DNA of 64,000 nt from NCBI GenBank assembly GCA_963702095.1, contig OY969706.1, positions 672,001 to 736,000 of the forward strand, given 5' to 3'. Shown here one piece after another: positions 53,246-61,990 of the stretch (position 1 is its first letter; every line of letters starts with the position of its first letter). Both the position numbers and the translations under genes were made by a program. This stretch comes from Candidatus Bathyarchaeota archaeon (lineage in GTDB: Archaea; Thermoproteota; Bathyarchaeia; Bathyarchaeales; Bathycorpusculaceae). Below the pieces are notes generated by a model that saw only the letters and a program-made list of their open reading frames with translations, searched no databases and had not been told where the DNA came from.

Positions 53246-53758
53246 TCATTGAATCCTTTGAGGCGACAATATTATCTGTTCATTTAATTGGCTTTCTATA
53301 ATATCCGTATCGAACGGGGTAGGGTCTGCTTTCTCACAAATAAATTTTATATCAATGGATAGGCCGGTTACACTGTAACTTTCTAAAATGTTTTTGATGT
53401 CAGATATTGTTTCACCCACTCTATCTGCTTCGCATAAAGCAATTGCAACAACATTATGTTCTCCGAATGACCTAAAAACATACTTTACTCTGCTGTATTC
53501 CTTGAGCTTTTCTACAAGTTCATCTTGGAATTTCTGCCCAACATTTAGGGCAATACCGATGTTTTTTAGATGGAGCTTCTGATAGTTTATCGTTCCACGA
53601 GTTATGCCTATTATTACTCCGCTTTCTTCTAATAACTTGAATCTACGGTATATTGTGTTTCGTGAAGTATTGCATTCTCTGGCGAGTTCTTGATAAGATG
53701 TTATTCCCTGACTAAGCCGATTGAGTATCTGCTTATCGAGTTGGTCCAAATTGACCAT
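53246..53758 (-). CDS. Lrp/AsnC-family transcription regulator
   Basis: LDQLDKQIL...SYQELARE...TIYRRFKLLEESGVI HTH; RAM domain with FGEHNVV; ATG at 53758. Confidence 0.88.
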   Translation of the reverse strand: MVNLDQLDKQILNRLSQGITSYQELARECNTSRNTIYRRFKLLEESGVIIGITRGTINYQKLHLKNIGIALNVGQKFQDELVEKLKEYSRVKYVFRSFGEHNVVAIALCEADRVGETISDIKNILESYSVTGLSIDIKFICEKADPTPFDTDIIESQLNEQIILSPQRIQ

Positions 53759-54378
53759 GGATTTAAATCGTCGATGATTGTATATAAAATCTTCCTGATT
53801 CAGATTTAGCATATTAACAATATTTTATTATCTTACGTTATGTTAAATGTGTGGAAATAAAATATTTAATTCGAATTGTCGTCGTTTTTCAGCGAAGGCG
53901 CGCACATTATTTTTAAAAAAAAGAGTTGACAGTGGGAGAGAACATGTGTATAAAGCTGCGTTCGAGGACAGCGTCTTCAAACTATCAAGCTATACTTGTG
54001 TCAGTTGTGGAGCACATTTCCAAACAACTGCTTAAAGGACAGATTAGGAATCCAGAAATCAGATGCTTGGTTCCGTCATCCCATGGAAGTTAACATTGGA
54101 GAAAACGTATCCCGCTATAGTTAACAGACAAAACCCATCTCACATAAAGTTAACAGACCCCAACCTCAAAGTCGACTTATAGCTTTTTGACGTGTAAACT
54201 GCTACTTGTTTCTGGATAAAGTTATCGTTAGTTAATTCGAGAAAAAAGTGATAATGTAAATTTTTTTAACCTTTAAATTTAATAAACATTTAAAATATTA
54301 TCTAAAATTCATAATATTTATATATTTTTTAAACAGTATCAAGTTAGCGTTGAGTGGAAGAGGTTAAGGGGCGAAAAA

Positions 54379-55434
54379 GTGGTCGGAACCAGTAACGTTA
54401 CACTAATTTTTAAATTAAAGCGCTCAATCAGAGCAATTTCACCAGTAATCGCAACACTACTAATGATAGCCATAGCCGTCGTAGCCTCACTCGTAGTATA
54501 CGCATGGGTAAGCGGCTACATAGGCTTCCAAACCAACAAAGCAGGAGAATCCATATCACTGCCCAGCCTTGCAGGCGTAGTCCACACTGGAACAAACATT
54601 GGCGACTTGGTTGTTTACGTGCAAAACGTAGGACAGGGAACTGTTGAAGTCAGCGCGGTATACGTAGACGACACACTCATAGATGAAACTGATTTATCAT
54701 ACATCCCCGATCCTCCAGGCAACGTGATATCTGAAGGAAGCACCGTCGAAATAACAATAGATGGAAACTTCAACTTAGACGAACGCCACGACATCAAAGT
54801 AACCACCACCAGCGGCACATCCATGACATACACAGGCAAACCAGGCACAGGCGGCTCAGTTACTCCTGACGCATTGACCGCAAGCATCACTCCTGCAGAT
54901 TCATTAACTATGACTGCAGGTGAGACCCAGACTTTTACAGCTTCATCATCAGGTGGGACAGGCTCAAAATCATACCAGTGGTATTTGGACAACTCAGTTG
55001 TTTCCGGAGAAACCTCACTAACCTATACCTACACTGCCGCAACTGGTTCACATGATGTCTACGTGAAAGTAACCGACAGCGCATCTACTCCAGTGCAAAG
55101 GGATTCAAATACGGTTACAATTACTGTAAACTCTGCTTTGGTAGCTCCAACTATAAGTACTGACGATATTTTGCTTACCTCAGGGCAGATAGCGACTCTT
55201 ACATCTACTACTGTCAATACTGGCACATCACCTTATACGTATCAATGGCTGCGGATTGCCCCCGGAGAAACATCATATTCAGAAATCAGCGGTGCAACAT
55301 CAACCAGCTATTCCTTCGAGCACAGAAATAGCGCTCCTTTCACGGCCCACGGCTCATGGTACTTTATGCTTAAAGTAACCGATAGTAAAGGTGCTGTTGT
55401 AACTTCAAACACGGTTGCAATAGGGGTTGGCTAG
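54379..55434 (+). CDS. Type IV pilin (class III signal peptide) with two C-terminal Ig/PKD-like domains
   Basis: KRSIRA/ISPVIATLLMIAIAVVASLVVYAWV; VYVQNVGQG pilin core; two YQW-containing Ig-like repeats. Confidence 0.9.
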   Translation: MVGTSNVTLIFKLKRSIRAISPVIATLLMIAIAVVASLVVYAWVSGYIGFQTNKAGESISLPSLAGVVHTGTNIGDLVVYVQNVGQGTVEVSAVYVDDTLIDETDLSYIPDPPGNVISEGSTVEITIDGNFNLDERHDIKVTTTSGTSMTYTGKPGTGGSVTPDALTASITPADSLTMTAGETQTFTASSSGGTGSKSYQWYLDNSVVSGETSLTYTYTAATGSHDVYVKVTDSASTPVQRDSNTVTITVNSALVAPTISTDDILLTSGQIATLTSTTVNTGTSPYTYQWLRIAPGETSYSEISGATSTSYSFEHRNSAPFTAHGSWYFMLKVTDSKGAVVTSNTVAIGVG

Positions 55435-55652
55435 TAAACTGTGAAACCAGTGTAGGTAAAGATAAGAGTCTTTACTGAGGATGCATCTCCTACTATCCCT
55501 ACTTTTCACTCAAAAATCGAGCTCTTTTTTATTCCAAACTCCTTAACGCAAGAAAATGGAATTTAAAGGATACATGATTCGGCCATTTACTTTTCCCTTT
55601 AAGCGTTCCTTTATCGCTAACTTTTTATCTAAACTTAGGCTATTATAAAAAT

Positions 55653-57698
55653 ATGTCAACCAAACGAAGACAGTTATCAAGCGTATTTTTGGTAATATTA
55701 TTCTTAACTTCCATTTGTCCCGTTCTACTGGTTCAGCCAGCAGATGCCGCCGTCACAGGCACCTTGGCTGATAACCTCAACAATATTATTAGTAACATAA
55801 ATTGGAATGCTGGCAACTCATGGACCACAAATTGGGCTATCATCCTTGCTAATAAAGAAACCACAGCATTTGATAATGCCATGACTCAGGATATTAGTCG
55901 TGGAGATTATATCGATGCTTTATACGTTGCAAGGTTAGCTCAGCTAAGCGGTTATTCATCAGACATAATCACTCAAGGCACTCAAGTAGCCCTACAACAA
56001 ATTAACATGTGTGGAACTCTACCTATAACCGTCAACGCCCACAGTTACGGAGACCCCGATATCCTAAACACCGGATGTTTTCTGGTCTACCACCGGTCTA
56101 TCCTTTGGGGATACGACTACGCCAAGAACTACGGGTTAGACGGTAAATGGAATGCACAACAAGCATTCAATAGTTTTGCAAACGCTTACAGCAAAAAACC
56201 AAGTGGAAGCGTCTCAGGCGAAATGCTCTGGATCGACCCACAAGAAAATTGGGCAAGATCATACAGCAGCCGCTATTACGATGAGCACGCAGAAACCTTG
56301 AGTACTTTTCTGAAGTTTGCAGAACAAGGCGTGCCAAACGCAATGACTTATGCTAGCAGTTCATGGACAGGCGTTCAGGCCCATTGGAACGGACAATACT
56401 ACGGCTACACCGGAACAACTACTGTCGAATGCGAAATGGGAAACTTTGCACAAGTAATTGCAGAATACAAGGACCAAAACGGAGGAACAATACCCTACTG
56501 GGATAGGGTAATTTCAGACTTAAACTACAAGCTGCTTGCAAACAGCTGGAGCTCACCCGGCTGGGCAAGTCCAGGAGTCATTATTCACGCTAAAGGAGTA
56601 AACAATGAACTCAGACTATGGGAAACCATGGGCGCAACCATTGCACTTCAAACACAATACCCCTACTTCACCACAATCATGAAAAGCAACTGGCAAAACA
56701 TGTTAAGCGGGTCTTCTCCTGCTTGGCAAGGATTAATGAATAGCGCCCTATACAGTGGAGGCTACTTTAGAGGAACCAGCTCAATCGCTGTATCAAATGA
56801 AGCCACCGTATGTGGTGCGGCAACATTATTCCTCGATGGCATTGTTCCAGTAACTGGAAACGTTAACATCCCTAACCGAGAAGAATTCTACAACGACCTA
56901 AGAACACCCTTTAGCGCCACCGACTTCAAATTTGACTACGCGAACCGCCAAATAACAATCCCCGTTAACGCAGGACAAATAACCTTCATTTACGGAACAA
57001 CCCCTGTCAGCTACAACTTCCCAACCAACGCAGTCTACAACATCCAATTCTCAAGCGACTGGAATACCATCACAGCAGTAAACGGAGCCGCAGTCACTCC
57101 AAATCCCCCCTCAGCACCACTCAACCTACAAGCAACCGCAGGCAACGCCCAAGTAACCCTCACCTGGTCAGCTCCGGCTTCAAATGGAGGCGCCCCAATA
57201 ACAAGTTACCAACTATACAAGAGCACACAATCAGGACAAGAAATACCCTTCATGACATTAGGAGTCACAACAACCTACACTGACACACAAGTAGCCAACG
57301 GTCAAACATACTACTACTATATCAAAGCAGTCAACTCAGCAGGCGAATCAACACCATCAAATGAAGCAAGTGCAACACCGACCGCTCCAAAAACCATGAC
57401 TGCAACAGTAACAACAGCCAAAACAACCTACGCCAGAGGTTCAACAGTCACAGGCTCAACAACCGTAAAAGACGCCACCCTAGCTATACCAATAGCGGGA
57501 GCCACCTCGACAGTTAGTGTAATCAACCCTAATGGAAAAGTAGCGTGGACAGGCAAAAGCACAACCGGCTTAGACGGAATCGCCGCTTTCTCCTACAAAT
57601 TACCTGCGAATGCACAAAGAGGCGTGTATACGGTAAAAGCAACAGTCTCATATACGGGCTACCCTACCGTCACAGCACAAACAACTTTTAAAGTGTAG
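55653..57698 (+). CDS. Secreted protein: helical glycosidase-like domain, fibronectin type III domain and Ig-like domain
   Basis: Signal peptide; Trp/Tyr-rich helical N-domain (RYYDEHAE, ECEMG); FN3 PSAPLNL...VTLTWSAP...YYYYIKAVNSAGES. Confidence 0.8.
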   Translation: MSTKRRQLSSVFLVILFLTSICPVLLVQPADAAVTGTLADNLNNIISNINWNAGNSWTTNWAIILANKETTAFDNAMTQDISRGDYIDALYVARLAQLSGYSSDIITQGTQVALQQINMCGTLPITVNAHSYGDPDILNTGCFLVYHRSILWGYDYAKNYGLDGKWNAQQAFNSFANAYSKKPSGSVSGEMLWIDPQENWARSYSSRYYDEHAETLSTFLKFAEQGVPNAMTYASSSWTGVQAHWNGQYYGYTGTTTVECEMGNFAQVIAEYKDQNGGTIPYWDRVISDLNYKLLANSWSSPGWASPGVIIHAKGVNNELRLWETMGATIALQTQYPYFTTIMKSNWQNMLSGSSPAWQGLMNSALYSGGYFRGTSSIAVSNEATVCGAATLFLDGIVPVTGNVNIPNREEFYNDLRTPFSATDFKFDYANRQITIPVNAGQITFIYGTTPVSYNFPTNAVYNIQFSSDWNTITAVNGAAVTPNPPSAPLNLQATAGNAQVTLTWSAPASNGGAPITSYQLYKSTQSGQEIPFMTLGVTTTYTDTQVANGQTYYYYIKAVNSAGESTPSNEASATPTAPKTMTATVTTAKTTYARGSTVTGSTTVKDATLAIPIAGATSTVSVINPNGKVAWTGKSTTGLDGIAAFSYKLPANAQRGVYTVKATVSYTGYPTVTAQTTFKV

Positions 57699-57809
57699 CC
57701 CTAATTTCCTAACGTTTTTTCCTTTTTCCTGAATTTTAGGATCCTTTATGCCTAAATCCATGATCTAATTTTGAGCATCAATCAAGAAAACACAACTTAA
57801 CTTCTATCA

Positions 57810-60644
57810 TCATCTATTGGCTTTTTTAAAATTTGTTTGCCCTCTCGATTTAATAATAAATAAACAAATAGAAATGACAATCAAAATTACCACAAGAACC
57901 AGCACAATCCAAAGAGAATACACCTCTAAACCAGCTTTGTCACTAGTAAACGATATTTCAACTTGATGCGTGCTAAAATGGGTAGTAAACCAGACGTAGA
58001 AGTTTTGGCCATCTTGAGTGTAGCCTTGATTCTGAGCAGGCTCACCACTAACGAGAACGGTAGGCTCAACGCCGTAGGGAATTGCGGTTTTGGGGATGAC
58101 AAAATTTGCAAAGCCAGTGGTTCCGCTTTCTCCGGTTAATGTGAATGAGACCGTTGTTTTTGTATCGACGCTATTGATGGTAAGATTGGTGATTTGTGAG
58201 GCGGTGATGTTTCCGCTGATTACTAAATCAACACCTTGTCCAGTGCTTGTAGTTACATGTACTGTTGCAGAGGTTGGACCAATTGATGGTGAAGCAGTCG
58301 GGATAGGAGTCTGTGAAGTGGTCGGTGTAGGTGTATCAGTTGAGCTTGGTGTTTGTGTAGATGTTGGGGGCTGGGTTGGAGACGCTGTGGGAGTAGGTGT
58401 TGGGGTAGCAGTGGGAGTTGGGGTTGGCGCGGGGTTAACTGTCAAGGTTGTAGTATCGGTTTTACCGTTATATGCGGCTGTTACTGTCCACACGCCAGAG
58501 TTTTGGCTTATGTAAATGTTTGAATCCCAAGATCCGCCTGCACCGTTTTGTATTGACCATGTGCCTGTTACTGCACCTATGCTATTGCCTTGACTATCCC
58601 ACGCGGTTGCAGTTCCCGTTACAGCCTCTCCCAGATTTATGGTAGATGGATTTATTGAGCAAGTAATACGATCTAGTGGACCAGTATTTACCGTTAAAGC
58701 TATGGTTCCCTCAATGCCAGAAACGGAGGCTTTTACAGTCCAGGTTCCCGCAAACTTTGAGGTATAGATATTTGTGGACCAACTGCCACTCGCCCCACTT
58801 TGAATTGACCAAGTAACGCTTTGAGGTCCCAAATTGTTACCTTTTGCATCATACCCTATCGCTGTACCCGTTGTGGTTGCTCCAGCAACTATTGTAGACG
58901 AAGAGAGAGACACTGAAAGACGGTACAGATCGGCTGCATTCACAGTTAGGGTTGTCGTGCCTTGGATGTCTGAGTTTTCAGCTTTGGCGAAAACTTGCCA
59001 TGTTCCAGCGTTTTGAGAAGTGTATAAGTTTTGAGCCCAACTGCCCGCCGCTCCGCCCTCAATGGACCAAGTTGAAACTTGAGCGTCTAAGTTGTTTCCT
59101 TGATCATCGTAACCTATTGCGGTACCTGTAGAGGTAGCGCCGGCAACGATTGAGGAAGGAGACATTGAAATGGAAAGTCTGTATAGAGGTCCAGCGGTGA
59201 CTTCTAAAGCGGCTGTGTCTTGAATCCCTGACACTGAAGCTGTTACCGTCCATGAACCTGCATACTTTGAGGTGTACACATTATTTAGCCAGATTCCACT
59301 AGCTTCAGGGTTAATACTCCAAACAGCAGTTTGGCTGCCTAAATTGTTTCCCTGATTATCATAGCCCACCGCAGTACCGGTTATGGTTCCACCTGCGGTA
59401 ATTGTGTTATCCGATAAAGAGACAGAAATTCTGTTTAAGGGTCCCGAGTTTACCTCTAAGAGTTTAGTACTTTTAATAGCTGACACGGTTGCACTAACTT
59501 CCCAGGTGCCAGCGTATTTTGAGGTGTAGATGTTGTTTGACCAACTGCCTCCTGCTGCGCTCTCAATAGACCAAGAAGCCGTTTGTACGCCTAAATTATT
59601 TTCTTGGGAGTCGTATCCTGTTGCAGTACAAGTAACGGTGCTTCCAGCAGTAACTGAATAGGATGACAAAGAAACTAAAATAGAAGCAAGAGGTCCATTA
59701 TTTACAATCAACGGTGCTGTTCCATGAATACTGCCAACAGCAGCTGTTACTGTCCAACCGCCAGAGTATTTTGAGGCATAAACGTTTCCAATCCATGAAC
59801 CGCCCGCCCCGCTTTGAATAGACCAAAATGAAGTTTGAGGACCTAAACTATTACCTTGATTGTCATATCCTATTGCAATCCCAGACACAGGATCACCAGC
59901 GACAATATCGGATGAAGATAAAGATACCGATAAGGAAGCTAAAGAAGCGGTATTCACAGTTAACTGGCAGGTCGAACTCTTTTCTGCGTAAATTGCAGTT
60001 ATAGTCCAAATACCCGAAGTATGACTTGTGTAGACATTGCTTGACCAACTTCCACCCGCACCACTTTCAACACTCCAAACGGCACTTACTACGACAAGAT
60101 TATTGTCATAGACGTCATATCCTATTGCGGTGCCAGTCGTTTGTGCCCCAGCGGTTACTGTAGTAGGGGAGACTGAGCAGGTTATATGGTCCAATTTTGC
60201 AGCAAATACTGTTAGAGGCGAGCTTTCCTTCTCCATAGTACCATCAGTGACGGTGATTGTCTGACTACCAGCCATTTTTAATATAATGTCAAATGATTTT
60301 AGTCCTAAATCTTCTGGTTGAAAGGTGTAGTCATTGGGTAAACCATCTGTTTTGGTATCTGTTGATGAAAAACTCACTGTGCCGGCATAATCTGTATCAG
60401 GACTGCCAAGCTCATCAAGGGCTTCTACTTGGATTTTGAAATGCTCACCAGCAACAATTTGGGTAACGTTATTTACAATAATATTAAAGCCGGGCAGTGT
60501 ATCAGCCAATGGTTCAATACCGCTATAATTTGCAGTGGCAGAGACACTTATTGCATTGGCTACGGATGAAGCAATAAACAATATTATAATAAGACCTATT
60601 GTTTGCTGAAAGCCTTTTTTAAAAGTAAAGCTATCTTTACCCAT
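57810..60644 (-). CDS. Ig-repeat surface protein, long copy (7 repeats of about 84 aa), PT linker, C-terminal TM anchor
   Basis: Seven repeats of L..(I/L)SVS.S...AG...GTAIGYD.QGN.LG....WSI..GAGGSW..N.YTS...G.WTV.A; paralog of 44486..46047. Confidence 0.9.
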   Translation of the reverse strand: MGKDSFTFKKGFQQTIGLIIILFIASSVANAISVSATANYSGIEPLADTLPGFNIIVNNVTQIVAGEHFKIQVEALDELGSPDTDYAGTVSFSSTDTKTDGLPNDYTFQPEDLGLKSFDIILKMAGSQTITVTDGTMEKESSPLTVFAAKLDHITCSVSPTTVTAGAQTTGTAIGYDVYDNNLVVVSAVWSVESGAGGSWSSNVYTSHTSGIWTITAIYAEKSSTCQLTVNTASLASLSVSLSSSDIVAGDPVSGIAIGYDNQGNSLGPQTSFWSIQSGAGGSWIGNVYASKYSGGWTVTAAVGSIHGTAPLIVNNGPLASILVSLSSYSVTAGSTVTCTATGYDSQENNLGVQTASWSIESAAGGSWSNNIYTSKYAGTWEVSATVSAIKSTKLLEVNSGPLNRISVSLSDNTITAGGTITGTAVGYDNQGNNLGSQTAVWSINPEASGIWLNNVYTSKYAGSWTVTASVSGIQDTAALEVTAGPLYRLSISMSPSSIVAGATSTGTAIGYDDQGNNLDAQVSTWSIEGGAAGSWAQNLYTSQNAGTWQVFAKAENSDIQGTTTLTVNAADLYRLSVSLSSSTIVAGATTTGTAIGYDAKGNNLGPQSVTWSIQSGASGSWSTNIYTSKFAGTWTVKASVSGIEGTIALTVNTGPLDRITCSINPSTINLGEAVTGTATAWDSQGNSIGAVTGTWSIQNGAGGSWDSNIYISQNSGVWTVTAAYNGKTDTTTLTVNPAPTPTPTATPTPTPTASPTQPPTSTQTPSSTDTPTPTTSQTPIPTASPSIGPTSATVHVTTSTGQGVDLVISGNITASQITNLTINSVDTKTTVSFTLTGESGTTGFANFVIPKTAIPYGVEPTVLVSGEPAQNQGYTQDGQNFYVWFTTHFSTHQVEISFTSDKAGLEVYSLWIVLVLVVILIVISICLFIIKSRGQTNFKKANR

Positions 60645-61458
60645 CTCTCAAGCCCTATCCTTCTACTGTACCAATTATAATGTTGCGTTTCGCTCATATT
60701 AACATGTAAACCTACTTGGCGATTATATTATTGGAAAGATTTGGTAGTGCTGTTGGTCAGCTGTAACTTCCTAACTAAGGGAGTCTACGACATCCAGCGA
60801 CTCTACCGTGATTACTTAGTAAAGTAACCCATAGAAATGAGCCCCATCAAACGCTAAGATTTTATAAAGTACACAAAAGCGATAGCCCCACCAAGGATTA
60901 GTGGATTAATACATAATTTTGACTTTCACTATATTATAAAATACCTGATGAATTCTAGATAGTTCTGATTTTATGGATGCCAGTGCTAAGAGAACACTAT
61001 GAAGGGGTATAGCTTGTTTGCATTAATCTTTGGCTTTACAGCCTTTGCGCAGGTAGCAGGCGGCGCAGTTTTTTTCTTCGCCTGTATTCCAACAAATCCT
61101 TACAATTTTAGGCGCAGGGGGCTCTGTGTCAAAGTTAGAGTCGATGGTAAAGATTTCATCGTATTGTTGGACTTCTTGTGTTCGTTTTTTTATCTGCGAC
61201 ATATGTTACTATTTCTATGTATTGCGATATAAGTCTTCTGTTTTACGAGATAATATTGTTGAGTTAGAACCTCAACCATAAACACCCGCATCTTTTAAGG
61301 GAACTAACAAACCAACCAAAAAAAAGACGGTTGGCAAGAGAAAGGATAAGCCAAATTCACTTTTGCCCGCCATAACTCTCGTGCACGTAAACTTAACTTT
61401 TGCGAAAATAGTGGCGTTATCCCTACACATAATCGCCAAAATGCTCCGACCTACAAAT

Positions 61459-61824
61459 CTAGCAGCCTACTGATGCAACAATCAGCCTGTTTCTCTTAAC
61501 AATATCTTGGCTAAACAGCGAGACCTTCAAAGGACTTTTGTAGCTTTGCTCACTAAACATACCGATTATTTCCTGCTGCTTCTCTACGAATTCCAACCCT
61601 TTTTCCGTGGCTCTGTATACGGCTTTTTTGCCGACAAAGATTCTTTTTAGTAAGCCATGCTTTTGCAAGAAGTCCATGTATTCATTGAGTTGACTGAAGC
61701 TGAGGTTGGCCCTAAGCATTATATTGGTTTTTGAGGAGTCAGTTTTGGCGATTGAGATAATCTCCATCATAATGATTAGCTTATCGCGCCTTTTTGCTTG
61801 ATACTCAATTATCTCAATCGTCAT
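61459..61824 (-). CDS. Archaeal winged-helix regulator (HTH_45-like)
   Basis: RRDKLIIMMEII...KTNIMLRANLSFSQLNEYM.FL...YRATEKGLEF. Confidence 0.85.
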   Translation of the reverse strand: MTIEIIEYQAKRRDKLIIMMEIISIAKTDSSKTNIMLRANLSFSQLNEYMDFLQKHGLLKRIFVGKKAVYRATEKGLEFVEKQQEIIGMFSEQSYKSPLKVSLFSQDIVKRNRLIVASVGC

Positions 61825-61990
61825 TTCTATTTCCTATATATATTCAAGATTTAAGAATCGCATTATAAGGGAGTTTTCCACAGTCTTATTATATCAGATT
61901 TCGGAATATACACCTTTAAATAACCTTTATCTTAACATACAAACATAGTCTAAACAAAGCGCTAACCAATAAAAATTGGGAGAAGAGAAA

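Noticed and set aside
53847-54130. YTCVSCGAHF motif as an Rpo12-like zinc ribbon
   Set aside because: Only one CxxC before a stop codon; no second pair in frame.
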